Below, in pieces: positions 9,107 through 17,594 of a DNA stretch of 38,043 nt. The stretch covers positions 1-38,043 of the forward strand of contig CALMGJ010000018.1 of assembly GCA_937863565.1 (NCBI GenBank), in the 5' to 3' direction. The DNA is from an uncultured bacterium (GTDB lineage Bacteria; AUK180). The notes beneath the pieces are model-generated. The model ran no database searches and had not been told where the DNA came from. It was given only the letters and a program-made list of their open reading frames with translations. A program made the position numbers and the translations under genes. How positions within the stretch are numbered: position 1 is the first letter of the stretch; the number at the start of each line of letters is the position of its first letter.

Positions 9107-10786
9107 TTATATTTTTCTTTTAACCGATCTTTCGAGATCGGAGGATGTGATCCTGAAAAGGACGGGCCTTCCATGGGGGCATCTTTCAGGATCAGAGCAG
9201 CTCCCCAGCTCGTTCAGGATTTGTTTTACGAGCCTCATATTTAATTGTTCTCCGGACTTTACCGCGCTTTTGCAGGCGATGCTTTTTATCCTGTCTTTGA
9301 TTCCGCCTGCGGCCGACTTAATATCTTCCATCATCCGCTCGGTCTCCGACTGGGAATAACGGTCGCTGAACCATCCGGGTATCCCCGTTAACCTTTCCCC
9401 GCTTTCATCGAAAGAGAATCCGAGTTTCAGGAGCGTCTGCCTGTCCTCTTCGGAAAGAGCGGTCAGGAGCCGAAGAGGGAACATAAGCGGCTGATTGACG
9501 GCGATGCTGCTCTCCGATAACTTGGAAAGTTTTTCGTAAAGTACCCTCTCATCCGCCGCATGAACATCTATGAAAAGAACATCCTTGGTCCCTATCAGAA
9601 CGGCGTATATGCCGGAGAATACGCCGGAAAGAACATATTTTTCTCCGAACAGCATTATCCTTGCGTGCTCTTCGCCTGTCGCCGGGTCCGGCACTCCTCC
9701 TTCAAAGAAGTTTTTCTGCTCATATCCTCGGGCCGTTGAAAGCGGCTGAAAGGGACCGGCATCAGCTGGTATTGCAGGCGCGTGGGGGAGCTCAGCTCCT
9801 TTAAGCGCTTCTCTCACTGCGAAGAATATTGTATTTTTCAGAGTGTCCGGGCTTAAGAATTTCACTTCCGTTTTCCGCGGATGCACATTCACGTCAACGA
9901 ATGAAGGCGGGGCTTCGATGCGGAGGACTCCCTGCGGATGTTCTCCCTTCACGAGAAGCCCCTCATAAGGCGCCGAGAAGAAGAATATCAGAAGATTGTC
10001 CCTTAAAAACCTTCCGTTTACGGAGATGAACACCCTTTTTCTGTTCTTCCTCGGGAATTTTGCCGAGACAGCGAAACCTTTTACCTTTAAACCGTTCCTA
10101 TCCAGATCTACGGGAAACATCCCGTCCGAAGAAACATCCGGGAATATTGACGTATACCGTTCCTCGAGTTTCTGCGAGTGAAGGTTCATCGCCGTTCTGC
10201 CGTCGTGTATCAGCCGGAAAGAGATCTCTGGGCGCAGAAGCGCAATGCTGTGAACGGTATCGAGAATATCAAGGTATTCGGCATGAGGGCTTTTCAGGAA
10301 TTTTTTTCTTGCCGGGATCCCGGAGAACAGATTACGGACCGTTACAACTGTTCCGCCGGGGCCGCCCCGGGGATGGCCGCTTTCTTCGCGGCCGTCTTTC
10401 ATTTTCAGAAAATATCCGTTTACGGAATTACCCTCCTTTGAGTAGATCTCCAGTTCCGAAACCGACGCTATGCTCGGAAGGGCTTCGCCCCTGAACCCGA
10501 GCGTAGTGATATTCTCAAGATCTTCAATGTTCGATATCTTACTCGTAGCATGTCTTTCGAATGCCGCTTTGAGGTCTTCTTCCGACATACCGGAGCCGTT
10601 ATCCGTGACGCGGATCAGAACGTCCCCGCCGCCCTCGACCTCAATGGTGACGGAATCCGCTCCGGCATCAATGCTGTTCTCAATGAGTTCTTTGATCACG
10701 CTTGAAGGTCTTTCAACCACTTCGCCTGCGGCGATCTTATTGATGAGGATATCGTCAAGGCGTTTAATTTTCAGGTGCTTCTCCAT
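9107..10786 (-). CDS. mutL: DNA mismatch repair protein MutL
   Basis: IAAGEVVERP, GFRGEAL, DVNVHPRKTEV; C-terminal DVHAADER, ACK and CPHGRP. Confidence 0.96.
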   Translation of the reverse strand: MEKHLKIKRLDDILINKIAAGEVVERPSSVIKELIENSIDAGADSVTIEVEGGGDVLIRVTDNGSGMSEEDLKAAFERHATSKISNIEDLENITTLGFRGEALPSIASVSELEIYSKEGNSVNGYFLKMKDGREESGHPRGGPGGTVVTVRNLFSGIPARKKFLKSPHAEYLDILDTVHSIALLRPEISFRLIHDGRTAMNLHSQKLEERYTSIFPDVSSDGMFPVDLDRNGLKVKGFAVSAKFPRKNRKRVFISVNGRFLRDNLLIFFFSAPYEGLLVKGEHPQGVLRIEAPPSFVDVNVHPRKTEVKFLSPDTLKNTIFFAVREALKGAELPHAPAIPADAGPFQPLSTARGYEQKNFFEGGVPDPATGEEHARIMLFGEKYVLSGVFSGIYAVLIGTKDVLFIDVHAADERVLYEKLSKLSESSIAVNQPLMFPLRLLTALSEEDRQTLLKLGFSFDESGERLTGIPGWFSDRYSQSETERMMEDIKSAAGGIKDRIKSIACKSAVKSGEQLNMRLVKQILNELGSCSDPERCPHGRPVLFRITSSDLERSVKRKI

Positions 10787-10824
10787 CGGTGACCGGCGCT
10801 ATAAGGCCGGCAGCGGTCCTTTTC

Positions 10825-12240
10825 TTATTCTTCCGTGAAGGTGAAACTTGTTTTCCGGAACTTCATCGAAACAATGCCCGTTTCCCCGTTGCGGTTCTTT
10901 CCGATCATGACATTGACCGAAGTTTCAGGCCTGTTCTTCACTTCCTCCTCGTCCTCTCCGGCCTCCCTTTCGGGTTTCTCGTAGAGGAAGAGGACCACGT
11001 CGGCATCCTGTTCCAGGGCGCCGGAATCCCTGAGGTCGGACAATCTGGGCATCCTTTCTTTTTTATCGCGCTGTTCTATGTTCCTTGAAAGCTGCGAAAG
11101 CGCTATTACGCAAGTCCCCGTTTCCCTTGCAATATCCTTGAGCTCTCGGGAAATAATGGTTATCTCGCGGATCCTGCTGTCCAGCATCCTGTCCCCCATC
11201 TGGGGAGGTTTAATGAACTGCAGGTAATCAATGACGACTATATCGGTGTTCTGTTCGTTCTTGTGCTTGCGGATGGCGTTTTTAATCGCGTTCACGTCAA
11301 GGTTGCTGTTATCAACTATCCGTATGTTCTCGGAATACGAATGTATGGTTTCGGCAGCCTGATTGATAAGTTCTGCTCTATTGGCGCTCTGATAGCGCTC
11401 GTTCATATCAGAAAAATCGCGGAGGTTCACGATCTTGTTGAACGGGAGGTCGAGCTCCATTGAAAAAAATCTCATCAGCACCTGGTCGGCGGGCTGTTCA
11501 AGAGAGAAGAAAAGGGATTTTTTATTCCCCGTGGAAAAATTCCTGAGCATATTGAGTGCGAAAGATGTTTTCCCGACGGATGCACGGGCGCCGAGGATCA
11601 CAAAACTTCCGGGGGTGAACCCGCCGCCGAGCTTTTTGTCGAGATGATCGAATCCGGTCGGCACGAAGGTCGGTTTGAATTCTCCCGAAAGGATCTTCTC
11701 TATGATATCCCGCTTGAATTTTACCAAGTAGTCCCCAAGGTTCTGTTCGCCTTTTTCTGCGAATCTCAGGCCCGATATCTGCGTGAAGGATTTAAAGAGC
11801 CTGTCCAGTATCGCTTCGATATTCTCCTGTGTTTCGCAAACCCGGACTATATCCCGGGCTTTCTTGATGAGTTCCCTGTAAATGTATTTTTCCCTTACAT
11901 TGTTTATCGATTCCTCAAGGTCAGAGGACATGGCGGAAGGGTCGAAATACCGGCTGAAGATCTCATCGCATCTGGCCGCCGTGAACAGATCGTCCTTCAC
12001 AACCTCCTCTTTGACGCTTGTCCAGTTTATCGGACGGCCCTTCACATAGAGTTTCATCATGGTCCCGTAAATGACATTGTTCTCGGGATCGAAGAAGAAA
12101 TCCTTCTCGAAAAGACTTGTTTGGACTATGGGGAAGAGTTTCGGATCGGAGAGGATCCTTATGAGGATATTGTCCTCCGAGTCCTTGCTGTTCGGAAGGA
12201 TATTCTGTTTTTTCTCGTCCGTCTTTCCGTTATTCGGCAT
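10825..12240 (-). CDS. dnaB: Replicative DNA helicase
   Basis: Walker [42 protein letters not shown]; follows rplI; no intein. Confidence 0.95.
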   Translation of the reverse strand: MPNNGKTDEKKQNILPNSKDSEDNILIRILSDPKLFPIVQTSLFEKDFFFDPENNVIYGTMMKLYVKGRPINWTSVKEEVVKDDLFTAARCDEIFSRYFDPSAMSSDLEESINNVREKYIYRELIKKARDIVRVCETQENIEAILDRLFKSFTQISGLRFAEKGEQNLGDYLVKFKRDIIEKILSGEFKPTFVPTGFDHLDKKLGGGFTPGSFVILGARASVGKTSFALNMLRNFSTGNKKSLFFSLEQPADQVLMRFFSMELDLPFNKIVNLRDFSDMNERYQSANRAELINQAAETIHSYSENIRIVDNSNLDVNAIKNAIRKHKNEQNTDIVVIDYLQFIKPPQMGDRMLDSRIREITIISRELKDIARETGTCVIALSQLSRNIEQRDKKERMPRLSDLRDSGALEQDADVVLFLYEKPEREAGEDEEEVKNRPETSVNVMIGKNRNGETGIVSMKFRKTSFTFTEE

Positions 12241-12682
12241 CTTCGGCTGTAACGGTCACCTTGATAACGGCGGTCCTGCCGCCCCTGACTTTGATAGAGA
12301 CGGTATGCTCACCCACGGTTTTTATATGTTCTTCCATCACGATCTGCTCCTTGTCGACGGAGATACCTTTATTCTTGAGTTCTTCGGTGATATTGACCTC
12401 TGTGATGGATCCGTAGAGTTTCCCTTCATCGTGTACTTTCGAGGTGAAATTCAGTTCCACCGCAGAGAGTTCAGCAATGGTCTTCTCGGTGAGCTCGATC
12501 TCTTTTTGTTTTTTCTTCTCTATCGAAGCCTTCACAAGACCGAAATGTTTATTGGACCCCTCGGAGTACGGCATGGCGACCTTTCCGGGGAAAAGGAAGT
12601 TCACTGCGTAGCCGGTCTTCACATTCACGATATCTCCTGCTTTTCCGAGTTTCGGATGGTCTTTAAAAAGAATGACTTTCAT
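12230..12682 (-). CDS. rplI: 50S ribosomal protein L9
   Basis: [23 protein letters not shown] and GKLYGSIT motifs. Confidence 0.97.
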   Translation of the reverse strand: MKVILFKDHPKLGKAGDIVNVKTGYAVNFLFPGKVAMPYSEGSNKHFGLVKASIEKKKQKEIELTEKTIAELSAVELNFTSKVHDEGKLYGSITEVNITEELKNKGISVDKEQIVMEEHIKTVGEHTVSIKVRGGRTAVIKVTVTAEDAE

Positions 12683-12915
12683 TTTTTGATCCTTCTCTGA
12701 TGAGCGGAAGAGTCGAACGGCAAAAGAGCCATATAGCGCGCTCTTTTTACGGCGAGCGTGATCTGCCTCTGATGATATGCGCAGGCTCCCGTGATGCGGC
12801 GCGGAAGAACCCTTCCCTTTTCGGTAACGAAATTGCGTATCTTCTCGACATCCTTATAATCCAGAAGTTTGATCCCTTCTCTGCAAAAAGTGCATTTTTT
12901 TCTTTTCTTAAGCAT
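12679..12915 (-). CDS. rpsR: 30S ribosomal protein S18 (Zn-binding form)
   Basis: CTFC...DYKD...[17 protein letters not shown]. Confidence 0.97.
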   Translation of the reverse strand: MLKKRKKCTFCREGIKLLDYKDVEKIRNFVTEKGRVLPRRITGACAYHQRQITLAVKRARYMALLPFDSSAHQRRIKK

Positions 12916-12933
12916 ATGATTTACTCCTTATTC

Positions 12934-13386
12934 TCATTTCCAGAGATCTTCCGTGCCCTCTTCTTCGGGGACATGGTTGTTCTGCGCGTATTCTTCTTCA
13001 GCTTCAGGAACATGCGTTTCGGCAGTGATCTCTCTTCCCTTAACACTGATGAACGTGATCTTTTCGGCAATAACGTCGAGCTGGTCCCTGTACTGGTTAT
13101 TAGGGTCATCCTTGTTCCATTTTCTCTGGCGTAATCTTCCTTCCACATACAGATTGGCGCCTTTCTTCACATGGTTCCCGAGCTGTTCGGCGAGTTTATT
13201 CCACGCCGTGATCCGCACGAAAACGGTCTCTTCCTTTTTCGCGGTCTCTTCAGGTTCGCCGGGAGAATACCAGATCCTGTTGATCGCAAGCGAGAAATTG
13301 CAGACCTTATTGCTGCCCACCACCTTCACTTCGGGATCCGCCGTTATATTGCCGCCCAATAGGATCTTATTGAGATAGAAAGCCAT
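12934..13386 (-). CDS. ssb: Single-stranded DNA-binding protein
   Basis: LNKILLGGNITADPE and YVEGRLRQRKW OB-fold motifs; rpsF-ssb-rpsR synteny. Confidence 0.94.
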   Translation of the reverse strand: MAFYLNKILLGGNITADPEVKVVGSNKVCNFSLAINRIWYSPGEPEETAKKEETVFVRITAWNKLAEQLGNHVKKGANLYVEGRLRQRKWNKDDPNNQYRDQLDVIAEKITFISVKGREITAETHVPEAEEEYAQNNHVPEEEGTEDLWK

Positions 13387-13395
13387 GATCTTCTC

Positions 13396-13686
13396 CTACC
13401 TGCAGGAAAGGAACATATATCTCAATATGTCCTTATCGTACTTCATTTCGGCCTTAAGGATATTATTGAAATTTGAGGGCGAATCGTACTTGACCAGAAG
13501 ATAATATCCCGATACTTCTTTTTTTATGGGATATTCAAGACGTCTTTTCTCGAATTTCGGTTCCTCGGCGAACATGCCGTTGTTCTCCGTCAGCTGCTGT
13601 TTGAACTTCTCGATGAAACCCCTGATATCATCCTCGCTTAACGAGGGTTTTAATATGAAGTATACTTCATACTTTTTGAGCTTCAT
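13396..13686 (-). CDS. rpsF: 30S ribosomal protein S6
   Basis: YEVYFILKP, KRRLEYPIKK..GYY, ILRY motifs. Confidence 0.95.
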   Translation of the reverse strand: MKLKKYEVYFILKPSLSEDDIRGFIEKFKQQLTENNGMFAEEPKFEKRRLEYPIKKEVSGYYLLVKYDSPSNFNNILKAEMKYDKDILRYMFLSCR

Positions 13687-14249
13687 GTGTTACCTCCTGT
13701 TATTGCTTTTTTATTATATTTGTTCTGCGCGGATATGATCCCGTTCTTCGCGATGTCCATAACCGCTTTTTCCGCCGTGGCCAGGGCTTTTTCCAGCTCC
13801 GGGATCTCGTCTTCGGAGAATTTTTCAAGCACATATTCCGAAAGAGGCATATCGGGCAATCTTGAAATACCTATTCTTACGCGGGCGAACCCGTCCGTCT
13901 TCAGTTCATCTATGATGGACTGGATCCCGTTATGTCCGGCCGCGCCGCCTTTGTGCTTTACGCGTATCTCTCCGAGGGGAATATCTTTGTCGTCATGGCA
14001 TACGATGATGTCCGCCGGGGTCCGTTTTGTCCTTTGCAGGACATCTTTTACGGATAAACCGCTGAGGTTCATATAGGTACGCGGTTTAACGAAAAGCTCG
14101 GCTGTGCCTCGGCCCCGGTATTCAGTGCTCTTCGCCGTCCGTTTTCCCGTTCTTCCGGGAGACAGCATCCTGTCTATAAGCATGAATCCGACATTATGCC
14201 GCGTCCTTCTGTATTTTAGTCCCGGATTCCCCAAGCCGAATACTATCAT
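13683..14249 (-). CDS. pth: Peptidyl-tRNA hydrolase
   Basis: GLGNPG..Y..TRHNVGF, KP.TYMNLSG, HDD, GHNG motifs. Confidence 0.97.
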   Translation of the reverse strand: MIVFGLGNPGLKYRRTRHNVGFMLIDRMLSPGRTGKRTAKSTEYRGRGTAELFVKPRTYMNLSGLSVKDVLQRTKRTPADIIVCHDDKDIPLGEIRVKHKGGAAGHNGIQSIIDELKTDGFARVRIGISRLPDMPLSEYVLEKFSEDEIPELEKALATAEKAVMDIAKNGIISAQNKYNKKAITGGNT

Positions 14250-15028
14250 TTTTTCTTGTCTTTTGCGGGTTCTTTAGCGCTTTTTGCGGCATCCTTGGCC
14301 GGCGCGCCTTTTGCGGCAGCAGCAACCGGTGCGGCTTTGCCTGTTGCAGGTGCGGCTTTGCCTGTTGCGGGTGCGCCTTTACCTGTTGCAGGTGCGGCTT
14401 TACCTGTTACGGGTACGCCTTCTTTGCCTGCAGCGGCAGCTTCGGCAGCGGCCGCTTCTTCGGTCTTGGTTTCCTCCTCCTTCGCCTTGAGCGTAGAAGG
14501 AATGCCTATCGTGACGATGATCTCACCCTTGGGGGCCATAATCTCATATCCCGTATCGGCTGACAGCTGTTCGACCTTGAAATAGTCGCCCACATCGAGA
14601 GCAGAGATGTCTATCTCTATGTGCTCCGGTATGTTCGCGGGAAGACATTTCACTTTGATCTCTGTGGCCAGATGTTCCAGAACGCCGCCGTTTTTCACGC
14701 CGATGGAAGTTCCGATGAGCTTGACCGGGATGTTCAGCTCGATCTTCTGATCCTTTGATATCGCCATAAGGTCGATGTGGAGGATGTTATGTTTGAAGGT
14801 ATCGAACTGTACTTCCTTGATGATCACGTCTTTCTTGTCGCCTTCGATGTTCAGATGGAAAATGGTGCTTTCCCATTCCCTGTGAGAGAAGATCTTTTTC
14901 AAAATATTCGCCTCAAGGAAAACAGGTATATTCTCTTTGAGCGTTCTACCGTATACGATCGCGGGGATCATCCCCGCCTGAGATCTTCTCGGTTCTCTTT
15001 TACTTGCATTCAAGTCCTTCGTTATCAT
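14246..15028 (-). CDS. rplY: 50S ribosomal protein L25/Ctc with long Ala/Lys/Pro tail
   Basis: IPAIVYG, HIDL, GVKNGGVL, IP..IEIDIS.L.VGD; prs-rplY-pth synteny. Confidence 0.95.
   Translation of the reverse strand: MITKDLNASKREPRRSQAGMIPAIVYGRTLKENIPVFLEANILKKIFSHREWESTIFHLNIEGDKKDVIIKEVQFDTFKHNILHIDLMAISKDQKIELNIPVKLIGTSIGVKNGGVLEHLATEIKVKCLPANIPEHIEIDISALDVGDYFKVEQLSADTGYEIMAPKGEIIVTIGIPSTLKAKEEETKTEEAAAAEAAAAGKEGVPVTGKAAPATGKGAPATGKAAPATGKAAPVAAAAKGAPAKDAAKSAKEPAKDKKK
14328..14411. repeat. Coding minisatellite, 4 x 21 bp, in the rplY tail
   Basis: Units at 14328, 14349, 14370 and 14391, consensus GGTGCGGCTTTRCCTGTTGCR, encoding (A/V)TGK(A/G)AP x4. Confidence 0.9.
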
Positions 15029-15038
15029 ATATTCTCCT

Positions 15039-15974
15039 TTAAATAAATAGTGAACTTACAGAGAGGTCCTCATGGATCCTCTTTATCGCTTCGCCGATGA
15101 GCGGAGCAACATTGAACAGCCTGAATTTCGAATCCTGCGGAAAGTTCTGGCAGATCGAATTCGTTACGGCAACCTCCTTGATGGGGCTTTCAAGGAATTT
15201 TTTGTAGGGGGAACTCGAGAAGAGACCGTGCACGCAAATTACGCGGACCTCTTTCGCTCCCTGATCCATAAGTGCGCGCGAGGCGTTTATTATGGTTCCG
15301 CCCGTATCGAGGATATCATCGTAGATGACGAGGCTCTTTCCTTCAATATTACCGATCACGTTTATCACTTCGCACTGATTCGGGCCACTGCGTCTTTTAT
15401 CGATGATCGCGATCTCCTTTTCCATCCTTCTCGCTATCCCCCGCGTCCTCGCTACCCCTCCTACATCGGGGGACACGAAAAGATCGAAATCTATGCCGGA
15501 GAGATAATCCTGAAAAACGGGGAAGGCATAGAGATGGTCCACGGGAATACTGAAGAATCCCTGGATCTGGTCCACATGGAGGTCCATCGTGATCACTCTG
15601 TTCGCTCCGGCGGTCGTGAGAAGGTCTGCCACGAGTTTAGCCGTAATGGGCACTCTTGGCTGGTCTTTGCGGTCCTGCCTGGCATATCCGTAGTAGGGCA
15701 TTACCGCGGTGATCCTTCCTGCAGAGGCCCTCTTGAGCGCATCGATGATGATGAGAAGCTCCATAAGGTTCTCGTTCACATGAGGCGAAGTTGGTTGTAT
15801 CACGAAGCAGTCAGCACCGCGGACATTATCTTCGATCTTGACGAATACTTCTCCATCGGCGAATTTTCTAAGGGAAATAGGGGCAAGGCCGGTCTTGAGG
15901 AATTTCGCGATATCCTCGGCGATCGGCTTATTGGCATTTCCTGCGAACAGTTTCAATTCATTGCGCATGGACAT
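15039..15974 (-). CDS. prs: Ribose-phosphate pyrophosphokinase
   Basis: FADGE, PYYGYARQDRK, VSPDVGG, DDILDTGGT motifs. Confidence 0.97.
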   Translation of the reverse strand: MSMRNELKLFAGNANKPIAEDIAKFLKTGLAPISLRKFADGEVFVKIEDNVRGADCFVIQPTSPHVNENLMELLIIIDALKRASAGRITAVMPYYGYARQDRKDQPRVPITAKLVADLLTTAGANRVITMDLHVDQIQGFFSIPVDHLYAFPVFQDYLSGIDFDLFVSPDVGGVARTRGIARRMEKEIAIIDKRRSGPNQCEVINVIGNIEGKSLVIYDDILDTGGTIINASRALMDQGAKEVRVICVHGLFSSSPYKKFLESPIKEVAVTNSICQNFPQDSKFRLFNVAPLIGEAIKRIHEDLSVSSLFI

Positions 15975-16683
15975 ATTTGCTTACCTCTTTCAGATCATCC
16001 GGAGTATTCACTCCCATAAGTTCCCAGCTCCTTAAGAACAGGTATTTCCTCACGTTGCGGCCGGCCTTTTTCAGGATGGCTACGATATCTGTCAAATAGT
16101 ACTCTTTCTGCTTGTTCTCACACCGTATCTCGCCGATATGCTTTTTAAGAAGTCCGCCGTTTATCAGATAACAGCCTCCGTTAACCAGGGTCACCATCTT
16201 CTGTTCTTCATCCGCGTCCTTCTCCTCAACGATGGCGGCGACTTCCCCGTGATGTTCTATCACACGGCCGTAACCGTCCGGGTGCTCGATCATTATCGTG
16301 CCGAGGACGAGGTCGGCTTTTTCCCGGTCACGGAGTTCGCACATTTCTTCGAGGCTCTTTTTTCTTAAAAGAGGAACATCGCCGCTAAGAATGAAAATAT
16401 CCTCGCCGTCATCGATCCCGCCGAGCGCCGACATCACGGCGTCTGCTGTTCCTTTCTGTTCCTTCTGAACGGCGAAGGCGATGCTCTCGCTTCTTCCGGA
16501 CAGCCGTTTTATCACTTCTTCGCCCATAAAGCCTATCACGACCGTGATACGGGAGAAAAATCCGCTTATATTGTCCAGAAGCGTTTCAATAAGTGTTTTT
16601 TCCTGGAGCAGGGTCAGGACCTTGGGATATTTGCCTCCCATTCTCTTGCCTAAACCCGCAGCGAGGATTATCGCGTGCTTCAT
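15958..16683 (-). CDS. glmU: GlmU-like N-acetylglucosamine-1-phosphate uridyltransferase (nucleotidyltransferase domain only)
   Basis: Start MKHAIILAAGLGKRM..PKVL at ATG 16683; Q.GTADAV, GDVPLL, GYGRV, EYYLTD, GVNT. Ends at ~241 aa without the acetyltransferase domain. Confidence 0.85.
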   Translation of the reverse strand: MKHAIILAAGLGKRMGGKYPKVLTLLQEKTLIETLLDNISGFFSRITVVIGFMGEEVIKRLSGRSESIAFAVQKEQKGTADAVMSALGGIDDGEDIFILSGDVPLLRKKSLEEMCELRDREKADLVLGTIMIEHPDGYGRVIEHHGEVAAIVEEKDADEEQKMVTLVNGGCYLINGGLLKKHIGEIRCENKQKEYYLTDIVAILKKAGRNVRKYLFLRSWELMGVNTPDDLKEVSKYVHAQ

Positions 16684-17594
16684 ATCTTTATTATGGCTGG
16701 GGTGGATGGATTCGAACCACCGAATAGCGGCTCCAAAGGCCGCTGCCTTTCCGCTTGGCGACACCCCAGCAATCTCGTTTTAATAATTCTGCCGCCCGGG
16801 AAAGAAGGATCCGCATATTGCCCGGGCATATAATATACGCAGGAGCCGCTGCCGCTCAATAGCGCCAGGCTGCTTCTTTGTTTTATTTTCTCATAGATAT
16901 CCCTAATGCCGGGATTGATATCGAAAAACGGATCTTCTAAGTCGTTAAACACCTCGTCTTTCATTAATTCTAATGAGCAATTATCCAAATAAATTTTTAT
17001 TTTATCTTTTTTTTCATTTTTTGTCAATATTTCTCTTACATTTTTATCGAAAACGGAATATACTTCTTTTGTCGGGGAAGCGAAGCCGGGAAAGAAGATA
17101 TTAATGCGGGCGGTGGACCGGCTCATGAAAGGCCGGATCTCATCCTGAATACCCGTTATTTCCGCAGCATTCTCCGGAATGAGAAAGAACGGGATGTCCT
17201 TTCCCAATTCATAGGCATATTTCATTTTATCTTGGACATTCTCGAAAACTTCGTAGCGGGCGTCTAGGAAATTCAGAAAGGAGGCGGCATCGGATGAGCC
17301 CCCGCCCAGGCCGCCGCCGGAAGGGATATTCTTACTGATCTCGATCCGGAATGCTTTTTTGACCCTTCCGCGCAGACCATCCCATACTTTGTAAAGGATA
17401 TTGTCCGTACCCGCAGGAATTTCATATCCGCTTTTTTGAACGATGGAAAACTCCGAAGATTCCCGCACTTTCATTTCATCGTGAAGTGCAAGTTTGAGAA
17501 ATATCGAATCTATAGGGTGAAAACCGTTCCTGTTCGCGCCGATTTCAAGAAAAAGGTTTATCTTGGCATGGGCCTTAAGGCGCCATGATCTCAT
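16680..17594 (-). CDS. ispE: 4-diphosphocytidyl-2-C-methyl-D-erythritol kinase; 3' end reads through tRNA-Gln
   Basis: AKINLFL, KNIPSGGGLGGGSSDAA, G.DIPFF, NDLE, LSGSGS motifs. Confidence 0.93.
   Translation of the reverse strand: MRSWRLKAHAKINLFLEIGANRNGFHPIDSIFLKLALHDEMKVRESSEFSIVQKSGYEIPAGTDNILYKVWDGLRGRVKKAFRIEISKNIPSGGGLGGGSSDAASFLNFLDARYEVFENVQDKMKYAYELGKDIPFFLIPENAAEITGIQDEIRPFMSRSTARINIFFPGFASPTKEVYSVFDKNVREILTKNEKKDKIKIYLDNCSLELMKDEVFNDLEDPFFDINPGIRDIYEKIKQRSSLALLSGSGSCVYYMPGQYADPSFPGGRIIKTRLLGCRQAERQRPLEPLFGGSNPSTPAIIKI
16694..16768 (-). tRNA. tRNA-Gln (anticodon TTG)
   Basis: TGGGGTG/CACCCCA acceptor stem, GCC/GGC D-stem, GCGGC-CTTTGGA-GCCGC anticodon arm, GGTGG-TTCGAAT-CCATC T-arm, encoded CCA; 75 nt. 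Confidence 0.96.

Noticed and set aside
10825..12240. Intein in DnaB
   Set aside because: Normal length with contiguous helicase motifs.
12921..13148. Alternative-frame ORF overlapping the ssb 3' end
   Set aside because: Does not restore a DIPF-type tail, and I saw no slippery site or other support.
14328..14411. Direct repeats as a possible CRISPR array
   Set aside because: Contiguous in-frame 21-bp units with no spacers and no cas genes.
15072..16019. 315-aa plus-strand ORF
   Set aside because: Antisense shadow of prs. Similar shadows occur over dnaB, murA, the TPR genes and the NSS transporter.
16684..16764. N-terminal extension of the glmU ORF (MSPSGKAAAFG...)
   Set aside because: It is a translation of the tRNA-Gln sequence; homology starts at ATG 16683.
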